Source of the DNA: an uncultured Anaerolineales bacterium
GTDB lineage: Bacteria > Chloroflexota > Anaerolineae > Anaerolineales > UBA11858
DNA length: 42,820 nt
Reading direction: 5' to 3'
NCBI GenBank assembly: GCA_964560795.1
Contig: CAZLNX010000012.1
Location: 1-42,820 of the forward strand
Each line of letters begins with the position of its first letter. Positions within the stretch are counted from its first letter, which is position 1. Positions 1 to 10,389 of the stretch are shown in pieces. The position numbers and the translations under genes were made by a program. Below the pieces are notes generated by a model. The model was not told where the DNA came from, made no database searches, and saw only the letters and a list, made by a program, of their open reading frames with translations.

Positions 1-1248
1 GATTCTTCCAGACCATTTCAAAAATGGGATCTTATTTTTGCACACCTCCATAGCTCCAGCCAATAGGGCTGCTGTAGGAGTAATTGTTTCAGTAACAGTT
101 GGAGATATTGTTTGCGTAGATGAAGGAGTAATCGCAATAGTATTGGTTGGGGTTGGCGTAGCTGTTGGGGCAGTGGTATTTGAAATAGTTGTAGTCGGGT
201 CAATTTCTACTACAGCAGCTTCAGTATGGGCTGTTGGGGTTGTTGTAGGCAGGGTATTTGTTATTTCCCTAAAGACAAATGTAAACAGCACGATGAACAA
301 CACACCTATGCCAAGAGGCCATCCCCACTTGGGGATTCTTTCAAAGATGGAACGCAGCCTACCAGGTTCTTTTTGACCTTTTGCCTTTCCCTTCTCTTTT
401 TCCCACCCTTGTTGTAAATCTTTTTGAAGATAATCAACTTCCCGATAGCGTTTGGTCGTATCTTCATCATCCGTTGGTAAACGGCTAGGTTGCTCAGCTA
501 GTGCCCTTGTGACGATTTCATCCAGCCAGAGGGGAACCTCGGGCCGGTGATCGCGTCCATGTGTTCCATATTCGTTTTTATATGCAACACTCGTAAGAGC
601 TTCGAACAGCACACACCCCAGCGAGAAGATATCCGAACTGGGCAGCAACAGCCCGCGGCTGATCTCCTGCTCCGGCGACATATACAATGGCGAACCAGGC
701 TGGGCTCTTGCAAGGCTTCCCAACAGCGAGCGGCGGCTGGTATCGTCGGAAACCTGCGCCAATCCCAGGTCGGCGATCTTGGCCGTACCATCTTCGCCAA
801 AGAGGATGTTGGAGGGTTTAAGATCGCGGTGTACGGCCTTTAATTCTTTGTAGAGGATATTCAGTCCTTTACACAAATCCAAGCCCATTTGCACAATCTC
901 ATCGACAGAAAGTTGCCCTTTCTCTTTCAGGAGATCTTCAAGGCTGCCCCTTGGTGCGTACTCCATTATGAGAAATAGCTCCCCCTCATCTTCTTCGAGT
1001 TCATGCACCTGTATAACATTGGGATGATTCAATCGCGCCCCCAACTGCGCCTCGAAGGTAAAGCGTTCACGGGCGATCTGGAAACCTTGCCTTCCCACAC
1101 CAGGAGCATCCCGGAGCAGCACTTTTATCGCCCGCGGTACACTCATCTTTAGGTGGGTGACGTGATACACCTCGCCAAAAGCCCCGCGTCCAACAAGGGA
1201 TTCAACGCGGTATTTATTCAGAAGGATGTCGCCAGAGTCGTGGGTCAT
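1..1248 (-). CDS. Hanks-type Ser/Thr protein kinase, partial. The C-terminus runs off the window start. Kinase domain, one TM, Thr/Pro-rich tail.
   Basis: ATG at about 1246-1248 on the minus strand. Hand translation gives MTHDSGDILLNKYRVESLVGRGAFGEVYHV...AIKVL...HRDLKPSNILF...DLGLAQ...SPLYMSPEQ, then the TM segment GIGVLFIVLFTFVF and a TPT-rich tail. There is no stop before position 1, which is why the ORF is missing from the supplied track. Confidence 0.8.
   Translation of the reverse strand, partial: MTHDSGDILLNKYRVESLVGRGAFGEVYHVTHLKMSVPRAIKVLLRDAPGVGRQGFQIARERFTFEAQLGARLNHPNVIQVHELEEDEGELFLIMEYAPRGSLEDLLKEKGQLSVDEIVQMGLDLCKGLNILYKELKAVHRDLKPSNILFGEDGTAKIADLGLAQVSDDTSRRSLLGSLARAQPGSPLYMSPEQEISRGLLLPSSDIFSLGCVLFEALTSVAYKNEYGTHGRDHRPEVPLWLDEIVTRALAEQPSRLPTDDEDTTKRYREVDYLQKDLQQGWEKEKGKAKGQKEPGRLRSIFERIPKWGWPLGIGVLFIVLFTFVFREITNTLPTTTPTAHTEAAVVEIDPTTTISNTTAPTATPTPTNTIAITPSSTQTISPTVTETITPTAALLAGAMEVCKNKIPFLKWSGRI
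3..49. repeat. 47-bp terminal inverted repeat, copy 1. It is the reverse complement of 42774-42820.
   Basis: An exact 47/47 match, found by hand. Confidence 0.85.
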
Positions 1249-1369
1249 CGTTCCCCTATTAGAACGCAACGGTTATTATTTATTTGATTATAGCACGAGA
1301 GTTTGGCGTATGATCTAGTACCCCCAGAATATTTATGCAGTTATTTTTTAGGCAAAATAATCGCTCATT

Positions 1370-2911
1370 TCATTTGTTTTTCATCATAGCTTTTTTCATA
1401 AAATACCCCCATAATAAACCAGCCCCTAAGCTAAGTGGTAGCATAACAGATATAATGATAAGACTGGATTCTAGTTCAAATCCAAATAAGACCCCCATTG
1501 GAAAAGCCATTAGGATAAAAAATATCACGCCAAATAAAAACCCCATTTTTGCCCAGGGCCAATCCTGTACTTGAATAAGTTCTGATTGGCACATTCGTTC
1601 CATCCGTTTCAGTTCGTATTCAAGCCATTTCTTTTCACCTAAAATTTTAAACCAGATCCACACAGGCGATGTGATTGCCAGTAGTAGGTAACTTGTAAAA
1701 TTCCATAGACAAGGGATATTTTTACCACACTGGGGACAAACTAGACCAAACCAATGGCCAAATCCATTGCCCTTACTCCACAAGCGAGCATCATTCAGCG
1801 CTCCACAGTTTTCGCATGGGATATATGTCTTCTCTACGATGGGCGCGTCACTTGTCCTATCAATCAATGAAACTTTTGGCATTCGCTGCCCGAGGATCAC
1901 CTCATTGAAAGCAAACACAGGCATCAAAATCCAGAGAAGAAGGTTTGGGTTTGGCAACTTTTGGATTTTATATTTTTCAGGATCGTAGTTGTATTTCTTA
2001 TCGGTTGATACCTGATTCGCCTGTTCTGCAGTCTGTGTATCTCCTCTATCCAATGTGATAGATTCAGCCGATTTATAATCTCGCATACCTTTCCCCACTT
2101 CTTTATCCAAATCATGAAGCCCGGACACGAAAGCGGTTATCTGATTGAAGCGCTGCTCGTAATCTCTATCCAGGGCTTTTATTAGAACCTCTTCCACACC
2201 CAAAGGCACACCCTCAGGCCAGTTCTCGGGGAACTGAGGCCTGTTCAACACATGTTTAGTCATAATTTGTGGTGCGCTTTCACCTGTGAAAAGTACTTCC
2301 CCGGTGATCATCTCATAGAACACGCATGCCATACTATATTCATCCGTAGCAGAAGTTACTTTACCCCCTTCCCAGATCTCTGGAGCAATATAATTTGGAG
2401 TGCCCAACATTACACCGCTGGTACTCAGTCCGCTGGTTTCAGCGGCTTTCACCAGGCCAAAATCAGTCAGTACAGCACCTTCGTTCTCACTCACCAAGAT
2501 ATTAGCTGGCTTAATATCGCGGTGGATAAAACCGCGCTTATGCGCATAATCCAATCCTCCAGCAACTTCCCCCAGGATGTGGACAGCTTCATCCCAATCC
2601 AAGTGACCCTTCTCTTCAATAAACTGATCTAGAGAAATGCCATCAACATAACGCATCACCAGGAAGAGGCGCCCCTCGAACTCATCAAAATCAATTATAG
2701 TGGCAATATGAGAGTGGAATAACTCCCCGGCGGTCTTAGCTTCACGCCTAAAACGCTCAATCGTACTGGGATCATCGGACCAACCGGGCTTCAGCACCTT
2801 GATTGCCACAGTGCGGCCAATCGAATCGTTAGCCTTATAAACCGTTCCGAACCCGCCTCGTCCGAGCTCCTCAAGTAAAAAATATTTTCCCAATTGAATA
2901 TCACTGCTCAT
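1370..2911 (-). CDS. Ser/Thr protein kinase with a C-terminal membrane-embedded zinc-ribbon region
   Basis: Gly loop LGRGGFGTVYKA, VAIK lysine, HRDIKPANILV, DFGLVK and APE motifs. C-terminal CENCG...CPQCG zinc ribbon followed by at least three hydrophobic helices. Confidence 0.85.
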   Translation of the reverse strand: MSSDIQLGKYFLLEELGRGGFGTVYKANDSIGRTVAIKVLKPGWSDDPSTIERFRREAKTAGELFHSHIATIIDFDEFEGRLFLVMRYVDGISLDQFIEEKGHLDWDEAVHILGEVAGGLDYAHKRGFIHRDIKPANILVSENEGAVLTDFGLVKAAETSGLSTSGVMLGTPNYIAPEIWEGGKVTSATDEYSMACVFYEMITGEVLFTGESAPQIMTKHVLNRPQFPENWPEGVPLGVEEVLIKALDRDYEQRFNQITAFVSGLHDLDKEVGKGMRDYKSAESITLDRGDTQTAEQANQVSTDKKYNYDPEKYKIQKLPNPNLLLWILMPVFAFNEVILGQRMPKVSLIDRTSDAPIVEKTYIPCENCGALNDARLWSKGNGFGHWFGLVCPQCGKNIPCLWNFTSYLLLAITSPVWIWFKILGEKKWLEYELKRMERMCQSELIQVQDWPWAKMGFLFGVIFFILMAFPMGVLFGFELESSLIIISVMLPLSLGAGLLWGYFMKKAMMKNK

Positions 2912-2929
2912 TGTTTTCTCCTGCGGTAA

Positions 2930-4243
2930 TCACTCAAAATACTTCCTTGGCCCCTCCAGCTTCAGCTGCTCCCAGGCCGCAGTGAACATACTTCGCCGAT
3001 TGTATTTGACCTTGTCATCCAGTCTCGAAAGCATCGCTAGGCGCGCATCAGGATCGTGTCGGGGGTCTTTCTCGACATATATTTGATACTCAAGGGCGGA
3101 AAGTGAGTTCAGATCAATCTGAGGTTCATAAGCCGCAATCAGGGTTGCATAGGGCACAGGAAGTATACCAACCTGATGTTCTAACCAGGCGTAGTACAAT
3201 CTTCCAAGAATGCGACTAAGCGGTATTTCGGTAAGCTTGCGAACTTGATGATCATGTTCCACACACACCTTCTGCAAGTGCAAGATAACCTGATGGTTTA
3301 CATGCGGAGCGACTTCAGAATGATCCAATACCAGGAATTTGAACAAGTCCGCCAGGGCTTTGAATTGCAGACTTACGCCAGCAACTGAAATATGGATCGG
3401 GAATAAATGGTGCAGCTTCGTAAACAATTCAAAAATGTAAACTGTGCGTGGTTTCTCCACCAGCCTCCCTACCGGGTGGTGGGCTTTGAACATCACATAC
3501 TGCCATACCCAATCCATCCAGCCGGTTTTGAGCAAAATCCACCTGTTGTGGATCGCTCGAGCCAACTCCGATGCTCGCTGGTCTGAGTACGGCAGCCGAG
3601 CACGGTGAGCCAGCATGGCCGGCCAGAGATTGGCCTTACCAGCTAATTGGCCCAGAGTTGTATATTCCAATAGGAACCCCCAACCCCAGCGCTCCATTGC
3701 TATTTCGCTGACGACCTGGGCCATGGCGCGTCGATTATGATTATTCATGCCCGTTACCCCATACCTTTTTTCGAAATGGGAGGGGTTGATCAACGTGCAT
3801 TGATTGGGAATATGAAAGACCCCCAGATGATAATCCTTCCACTTTGCGTCGGGGGGTGCTTGATCCAAACCACAGGCCTGGGCAATAGCTGCCCCCATAG
3901 CTTCTTCAGAATCGAGCAGCTCATAGCCATTTTCGAATCCCAGCGGCAAGGGCTTTTTACCCAATTCTAATTCGACTTGCATCATTTTTTCGATATCCTG
4001 GAACCACTCCAGCAAGGTCGCCTCAGCGTGTGATCCTGGTTGGCGGTGGCTTTGGGGAGGTTTGAGTGTAGTAATCGAGGCAGGTTTGTCTTCCAACTCG
4101 CCATGGAATTCAGCATGATGCGAATCCAGGCGGTTATCCCAGGTCTTGATAGATTGGAGCAACTCCCTGTCAAGCCCACGTTGACCGCGCGAGATATCAT
4201 CCAGGCGATCTTTGAATTGTTGTCGTTTAGAGTTGAGATCCAT
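2930..4243 (-). CDS. Hypothetical protein (437 aa), no recognisable domain
   Basis: Long ORF tightly packed between two kinase genes on the same strand. No motif I can name. Confidence 0.55.
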   Translation of the reverse strand: MDLNSKRQQFKDRLDDISRGQRGLDRELLQSIKTWDNRLDSHHAEFHGELEDKPASITTLKPPQSHRQPGSHAEATLLEWFQDIEKMMQVELELGKKPLPLGFENGYELLDSEEAMGAAIAQACGLDQAPPDAKWKDYHLGVFHIPNQCTLINPSHFEKRYGVTGMNNHNRRAMAQVVSEIAMERWGWGFLLEYTTLGQLAGKANLWPAMLAHRARLPYSDQRASELARAIHNRWILLKTGWMDWVWQYVMFKAHHPVGRLVEKPRTVYIFELFTKLHHLFPIHISVAGVSLQFKALADLFKFLVLDHSEVAPHVNHQVILHLQKVCVEHDHQVRKLTEIPLSRILGRLYYAWLEHQVGILPVPYATLIAAYEPQIDLNSLSALEYQIYVEKDPRHDPDARLAMLSRLDDKVKYNRRSMFTAAWEQLKLEGPRKYFE

Positions 4244-4308
4244 TTTAGATTTTTGCTTGCTTATTCAAAGCCGATAAAAATAAATTTCATGTAACTGCTA
4301 GATATTCT

Positions 4309-5736
4309 CTATCTTGATTTCCGAAAACGGAATGCTAAAAATGTGCTTAGAATCAATACCCCCAATAACGCCAAAAGCCCTGGTATCCCTACATCATCGG
4401 TAAATCCCGTGGATGGCAGTTGAGTAGATATGGGTGTCACCGTCAAGAGGTTGGAAGCTTGCTGGGTAAATAACGCTCCCATTGTGGCGGTCAGTTTTGA
4501 GCCTCTGTCATCTTCTTGAGCAAAATCTGCGGCAGGGGTATCCGTTGGGACAATTACAGGTGTTGAGCTTGCTGTAGGGGTGATTTGGATTTCCGTTGGT
4601 GTAGCAGTCCAATTCAGGGCTTCTTCCGTCAGGTTGCTCAATATTGCTGCTTGGGTGTTCAACATATTGGCTTGGGCTATTTGGGCATCTATTGCTGTTT
4701 GTCGCCTAGGCAAATAAATGGTGAGGTAAAGAATAAAAAATACCAAGGACAGTATCAGGATACTGCCCAAAATACTGGCGGCAATAACAAAAGGCCGATT
4801 CCTAGATTTGCTGATCTGGGTAAATGCTTGTGCCTCTTCTCGTCTTGGATCTTTGTGGCTCTTTCCAGGTGGCTTTTGTTTTATTTTTTCTAGAGGTTGC
4901 TCCTTGACTTTATTCAATGCGTGTACAAAAGACGCCATGTTGGCAAAGCGAGCCTCTGGAATATCTGCTAAGGCTTTCTTAAAAACCTGATTTATGCCTT
5001 CCGGTACTCCCATGGGCCAACTCTCAGGAAGCCGCGGCCCCTCGATCACATGCTGCTTCATCAGCCGGGTGGGACTTTCTCCATCAAAGAGAGGCTTCCC
5101 CATCAGCATCTCGAAGAACACACAGGCCAGGCTGTACACATCCGAAGCCGGAGTCCAACCTTCCCCGTCCCAGGCTTCGGGCGACATATAGGCTGGCGTT
5201 CCCAGAACACCCCCGGTCAGGCTCATGGTGGTGCTTCTGTCAGCCGAGGCCAACGATTTGGCGAAGCCAAAATCGGTCAGGTAGGCGTTCCCCTGGTCAT
5301 CGAACAATATGTTTCCGGGCTTGACATCGCGGTGCACCAGATCTTGTTTGTGAGCATAATCCAGCGCGCTGGCGACTTGATGCAGCTCTTCAAGCGCCCG
5401 GCTGAATGGCATTGATCCATCTTTTATCAACACATCCTTCAGAGAACCCCCTGAGAAATGCTCCATCGCCAGGTAAATGCGCCCCTGATCCTCCCCCAGA
5501 TCATAAACAGGGGCGATGTTGGGATGCTTTAGCCGCGCTACCAATCGAGCTTCTTCGCGGAAGCGTTCAATAAAAGACGGATCAGCCACCAGTGCGGGAT
5601 GCAGCACTTTCACAGCTCGTTCAATTAGTAAAGCATCATCGCGAGCCCGGTAGACTGTGCCGTATCCCCCGCGGCCAATCTCTTCTAATAGGGTGTATTT
5701 ACCTAGTTTGATGTCAAGAGTCACGAATAACTCCAA
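4309..5736 (-). CDS. Ser/Thr protein kinase with TM, Ser/Thr/Pro-rich ectodomain and an LPSTG-like C-terminal sorting-signal-like tail
   Basis: IGRGGYGTVYRA, HRDVKPGNILF, DFGFAK and SPE motifs. TM segment ILGSILILSLVFFILYL. C-terminus ...QLPSTGFTDDVGIPGLLALLGVLILSTFLAFRFRKSR. Confidence 0.85.
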   Translation of the reverse strand: MELFVTLDIKLGKYTLLEEIGRGGYGTVYRARDDALLIERAVKVLHPALVADPSFIERFREEARLVARLKHPNIAPVYDLGEDQGRIYLAMEHFSGGSLKDVLIKDGSMPFSRALEELHQVASALDYAHKQDLVHRDVKPGNILFDDQGNAYLTDFGFAKSLASADRSTTMSLTGGVLGTPAYMSPEAWDGEGWTPASDVYSLACVFFEMLMGKPLFDGESPTRLMKQHVIEGPRLPESWPMGVPEGINQVFKKALADIPEARFANMASFVHALNKVKEQPLEKIKQKPPGKSHKDPRREEAQAFTQISKSRNRPFVIAASILGSILILSLVFFILYLTIYLPRRQTAIDAQIAQANMLNTQAAILSNLTEEALNWTATPTEIQITPTASSTPVIVPTDTPAADFAQEDDRGSKLTATMGALFTQQASNLLTVTPISTQLPSTGFTDDVGIPGLLALLGVLILSTFLAFRFRKSR

Positions 5737-5760
5737 AGGCGGGTGTTATCGCCATTAACT

Positions 5761-7086
5761 TCATTGCTTGAATTCCGGCAAACGCCTGGTTTCGCCGCAC
5801 TGCGGGCAGGATCCTGGTTCATCGGTGACATCAAAACCGCATTTGGCGCATTTTTCTTTTTGCTTCGGTTTTCGGCGGAAGATGAAGAGAAGCAAGGCCA
5901 CAAACGTAAGCAATAACACGGCCGGGCACCATATCATCGCGCTGCCCGTTATGCGCCCTATGAATGTTGGGGTTGGTGTCGGCGTTGGTGTGGGTGTAAA
6001 TGTAGCCGTTGGTGTGAAAGTTGGTGTCAGAGTTGCGGTAGAGGTCGATGTACTTGTGGATGTCGGGGTATTTGTGGCAGATGGCGTCAGGGTAATAGTG
6101 TTCGTAATTGTCAGGGTTGGTGTAAAGGTTGGTGTGTCTGTTACTATTAAAGGTGTCTCAAACTTGAATACCTGGGTATCTGAACCCGCATCGGTATTCA
6201 AAGTCACGCTCAATTCGTGCATTTGCCCATCAGTAGGTAATCCGGATTCATAGGTCAGGGTGTACTGGGTTTTGAGCAAGGTTGCCATATCTGTGAACAG
6301 GTGACCCAACTCTGAAGAACTGAGGGCAGTCCGGAATAGACCGCCTGTCTCTGTGGCTAATCGTTCCTGATAGGGTTCATCGATATCCTTTCCCAAACCG
6401 ATAACAAAGAAAGGAATATTATGTTCTTGGGCCATATGGATAGCCTCTTCAGGATCACCCACCTCAGCTGGTTCATTGCGGCCATCGGTCAACAGCAGGA
6501 TTGCCCGGCGGCCAACAGGCTCATCTTCTGCCAGTTTAACTGCTTTGGCAGCTGCATTATATAGGTGCGTTTGCCCATAAGAATCCAGGGTTTCGATAAG
6601 GTCAAACACCGGATCTAAATTATCCGAGAAATCCAGCTCCAGGTTAGGATTTAGATTTGCTGGGTCTGGATCTATGCGGCTTGAAAAAGCGATCAGTGAG
6701 GCGCGATCACCAACGCTCAAGCGATCCAAGAAACGGATGGCAGCATCCTGAGCGTCATCAATAGGATCGCCGAACATGCTTTCAGAAATATCGAGTACAA
6801 GCCCCACGGAGAGGGGGACATTGGGGTCTGCTTGCACCGTTTCTGGCTGGAATGGGTTTCCGCCATCCTCCTGCAGGGAAAAATCCCCGGGTTTCAGATC
6901 ATCAAGAGGCAAACCATCCGCATTCCAGGCGCTAACCAAGACCGTAATCTGGGGAAATTGGGATGTATCCACCCAATCTATATGTAACGTGACGGCTTTG
7001 TCCTGCGCCGCTACCTGGCCGAACGGCCCCAAGATCAAGGCCAACGCCAAGAGAACAAACAGTGAACGAGTCAACAATTTCATCAT
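5761..7086 (-). CDS. Secreted von Willebrand factor A (vWA) domain protein with PT-linker, TM and C-terminal zinc ribbon
   Basis: Signal peptide MMKLLTRSLFVLLALALILGPFGQVAAQD. MIDAS-like DISESM motif, then ...LLTDGRNEP...FFVIGLG. (TPT)n linker, a TM segment and a C-terminal CAKCG...CPQCG zinc ribbon. Confidence 0.8.
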   Translation of the reverse strand: MMKLLTRSLFVLLALALILGPFGQVAAQDKAVTLHIDWVDTSQFPQITVLVSAWNADGLPLDDLKPGDFSLQEDGGNPFQPETVQADPNVPLSVGLVLDISESMFGDPIDDAQDAAIRFLDRLSVGDRASLIAFSSRIDPDPANLNPNLELDFSDNLDPVFDLIETLDSYGQTHLYNAAAKAVKLAEDEPVGRRAILLLTDGRNEPAEVGDPEEAIHMAQEHNIPFFVIGLGKDIDEPYQERLATETGGLFRTALSSSELGHLFTDMATLLKTQYTLTYESGLPTDGQMHELSVTLNTDAGSDTQVFKFETPLIVTDTPTFTPTLTITNTITLTPSATNTPTSTSTSTSTATLTPTFTPTATFTPTPTPTPTPTFIGRITGSAMIWCPAVLLLTFVALLLFIFRRKPKQKEKCAKCGFDVTDEPGSCPQCGETRRLPEFKQ

Positions 7087-7099
7087 AACCTCCTATAAT

Positions 7100-8425
7100 T
7101 TATGGGATTTTTTCGATATAGTAATTGTAGAGATCACCCTCCGCGACCCAGCCTTGAAGTCCTGACGATGTTATCCGAACCTTCCAGAACACGAACGAAT
7201 CACTGCGGCCAGGCCGGGGTTCACATTTTGGCCCATCGAGCACTTTCATGCGAGTGCCTTCGGGAATTAATTCGACAATATTATCATTGAGCACTTCTGG
7301 TGAGGAGCGCACACGTAATGGCGTTCCATCGGTAAAGGTCACGCGGATAGAATCATCAACTTTAACGCGCGGCTCCGGTGCATCAGGACAAACATATGAT
7401 GGCGTCAAGGTGGGAACGGCCGGGCGGGGGGTTATAGTTGCAGAAGTGATATACGAACTTGGTGATGATATGCGGGTATTTACAATAACCCGTGCTGCGA
7501 ATGAAGCGTAAAATTTGTCCGTGGAACCAAAACTTACTTCACGCAGGTTCTGACCAAAAACCGCGACCCCATATTTTCCCTGCTTCACCACCTGGGGCGC
7601 AAGAATCTCCTGCACCAACCTACCGGAACTATCCACTTGAGCCGGCCAAGTCTTAATGATCTCGTAATAATTGCCACTGTCGTAGTAAAGCGCGACCAGA
7701 AAACGTTCATCCGGCTGAAAGCCCTCGTAAAAAATTTGGGTTGGCTGCCCTTCAATTATGATATTAGTGCAACCGTAAAAACCAGGAGAACTTCCTGAAA
7801 GAAACACAAGAGGTGATGCAGAAGGAGACACACTGAACCAATGGGTTTCAACCGGCAATGAATTTGTGGTGACTCGCAGGGTATATCGCCCCGGTTGCAA
7901 CAGCAGGTTGCTGTCGAAACAATAATCGAATTCGTCATCTTGCAACCGCGCCACAACCACTGAATCGTCGGGACGGATCAATTCAATTATCACCTGCTCA
8001 TCCGGTTGAAAACTGCACCCAGAAACGCTGCCCTTATCGAAAAACAACGTGGGGGATATTTCTCCACACCCTCCGCCGCCGCCTATTCCAAACACAGCCA
8101 ACGAATCGATCAGATTACCGTCATTATTAATCTCCCCAGGCAATAGAATATCGTTTGGGAGGGTTACCACGGTTGAAAAACCAGGATATTGCTCATTTTC
8201 TATAGGCTTGTTGGGTGTCGGCGAACCAATGACTTCGATACTCAAAGGGATATTGACTTGATTCTTTGGGGTTGAGCTTGGTATTATTGCAGTTGCAGAT
8301 CGAGTGGCCGTTGCAGGTTGGGATTCCTGCCCCACCGGTAGGAAAAATTCAGGCACAGAACGGCAACTCGCCATCAATACTACGATAATAAACAGAGTGT
8401 GTTTCAAACAGTGTGTTTTTAGCAT
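7100..8425 (-). CDS. Lipoprotein with C-terminal SH3b-like domain
   Basis: Signal plus lipobox-like VLMASC. C-terminal ...LRVRSSPEV...MKVLDG...FWKVRITSSGLQGWVAEGDL resembles bacterial SH3 (SH3_3). Confidence 0.6.
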   Translation of the reverse strand: MLKTHCLKHTLFIIVVLMASCRSVPEFFLPVGQESQPATATRSATAIIPSSTPKNQVNIPLSIEVIGSPTPNKPIENEQYPGFSTVVTLPNDILLPGEINNDGNLIDSLAVFGIGGGGGCGEISPTLFFDKGSVSGCSFQPDEQVIIELIRPDDSVVVARLQDDEFDYCFDSNLLLQPGRYTLRVTTNSLPVETHWFSVSPSASPLVFLSGSSPGFYGCTNIIIEGQPTQIFYEGFQPDERFLVALYYDSGNYYEIIKTWPAQVDSSGRLVQEILAPQVVKQGKYGVAVFGQNLREVSFGSTDKFYASFAARVIVNTRISSPSSYITSATITPRPAVPTLTPSYVCPDAPEPRVKVDDSIRVTFTDGTPLRVRSSPEVLNDNIVELIPEGTRMKVLDGPKCEPRPGRSDSFVFWKVRITSSGLQGWVAEGDLYNYYIEKIP

Positions 8426-8446
8426 AACAGATTCTCAATATGCCGT

Positions 8447-10111
8447 TCAGCGATTTTGAATTTCATTCATCGCTTGCTGATACACCTGACGGGTTTCTTC
8501 ATCAGGTACTATCGAAACCGCTTGCTGGTAAGCGCTCAACGCTGATTCAGTTTCACCAAATTGATCATAGATACTGCCTAACTGTGCCCAAAAAGCCGCT
8601 TTGGCACGCGGGGCTTGGGTGGTTTCTGCAGCGACCTGATACTCACGTTGCGCGGTTTCCAGATTAGAAGATAGTAAAGCAATCGATCCAAGATGACCAT
8701 GTGATTGGGCGACAAACTCACCAATACGGGTGTTACCCGCTTCTCCGGCATCGATCACGGCTTGGAAATATTCAGCGGCATCTGACAACAATGATTGCGC
8801 TCCCAAAATCTGATACCGCACAAAGGATAACCGTCCTAAGCCGAAATCTACCTTGGTTCGAATATCTGCCGTGGGGGGTTGATCTGGTGCGGTCAAAGCC
8901 GCCAGATACTGCTCTTCTGCCAGATTCAAATCCACTTGAGAAATCTTAGCGAATGTGTCCACAGGGGGAATCCCCAGGGCGCGCAGGAAATAGGTTTCAC
9001 CGAGGCCTACATAGGCGCGGGCATATTGTGGGTTAGCCTGCACGGCAAGGTTGAAGTAATATTCGGCATCATCGATCTTTTCCAATTTCCCAGCTGCATT
9101 CCCCAGCATCAGATATAAACTTTCCTTACCGGCTTAGCTTTCCCAGCCTTCAGCTTGCATGGCTAACTCGAAGAAAGAGAATGCCCTTTCGTAGTCCGCA
9201 AGGTTAAACAAGGATACACCAGTAGCAATATAAGCCGTCGCCTGTGCTCTCCCAGCAATATCGCGATTGGCTTCAACCCGGCTCACTAAATCGCCTGACC
9301 CGCTGGGAATCAAAATGGCTTCTCCCAAAGGGTGCCGCCCCAAGAATTCCGGGATGATGCTAAACAAGCGCTCTGAAATATACATCTCAGGCAAAATCGT
9401 CTGTTTCACACTATTGTCGGAGATAACCCCGTAGATGATGATATCGGCGTTGATTTGATGGACCAGCCTGGAGGCGGTATCAGCGCGCTGATCGGGAGTC
9501 TCCCCATCGATTTTGCCGATCTGGTCCGGGCCGCGCACTTCGTAAAGAACATCCACATTTTGAGTAAGTTCTTGCAAGCTATTATCAATGCGCTGATAGA
9601 TTTGCTGCGATACGGCCAGCCCGGTTTCAGCATCAAAATCCCCCTGGTCAACATCGAACTCCGCAACGGCAATATTGAATTCGCCAAACATTTGCGCTGA
9701 TGTTGATGGTGAAACCACAGGCTGATTGGCCTGGATCAGCCCCCACACTATAATTAGCAGGGCGAATACTAAACTGATTGACCCGGCCAGGAAGAGCACT
9801 ATTTGCCAGCGCGGCCAAGATTTTTTATCAGCTTGAACAACCTGTTTTTCGATGTATGTGCCGCCCTGATCAACGCGCACAGCTCGTGAGTCTGGGCCAC
9901 TGGCTGATACACCACCTTGGGAAGCATCAACAACATGGATATGACTCTGTTTAGCTGCCCCAGGTTGTTGTTCAACTTCAAAGTTATGCCCACAATTGTC
10001 ACAATATTTTACCCGGTCTGGATTAAACCGTTGACACTGAGGACATTTCTTTTGATAAGCGTTTTTAGAATTCACTGATGATGCCATTTTTCCACACCCG
10101 GGATTAAACAA
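8447..10111 (-). pseudogene. Zinc-ribbon, TM, ectodomain, TPR protein split by an in-frame TAA at about 9134-9136. Either a nonsense pseudogene or two separately expressed halves (ORFs 9134..10111 and 8447..9109).
   Basis: The two track ORFs are in the same frame (10111-9109 = 1002). They are separated by TAA and 8 sense codons (AGKESLYL), and a TPR repeat spans the junction. N-terminal CPQCQ...CDNCG ribbon, TM segment WQIVLFLAGSISLVFALLIIVWGLI, then TPR repeats across the C-terminal half. Confidence 0.6.
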
Positions 10112-10361
10112 TCCCGCCAGTAGTCATCAGACTGATCACGGCACGCACGCCACCGATCAACAAGGCCAAACAGCACATGATCATGCCAGCGACAGCCGCA
10201 CCTTTGTCATCATCCTTATTAAGCAAATCTGCCAAACCCAGGATGGCGCCAATTAACGCCAAGGGCAAAGTGAAGCAGTTCAGTATATTCAACAACGGGA
10301 TGAGCGAAACACACACTCCCAAGAACGACAACAACCCCAATATTAATGATGCGATTCCCAT
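10104..10361 (-). CDS. Small hydrophobic membrane protein (85 aa, DUF4190-like)
   Basis: Two or three TM helices. Overlaps the start of the downstream zinc-ribbon gene by 8 nt on the same strand, a typical small-membrane-protein partner arrangement. Confidence 0.45.
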   Translation of the reverse strand: MGIASLILGLLSFLGVCVSLIPLLNILNCFTLPLALIGAILGLADLLNKDDDKGAAVAGMIMCCLALLIGGVRAVISLMTTGGIV

Positions 10362-10389
10362 CTTTATCCTCCAAAAGTTGATACCTAAA

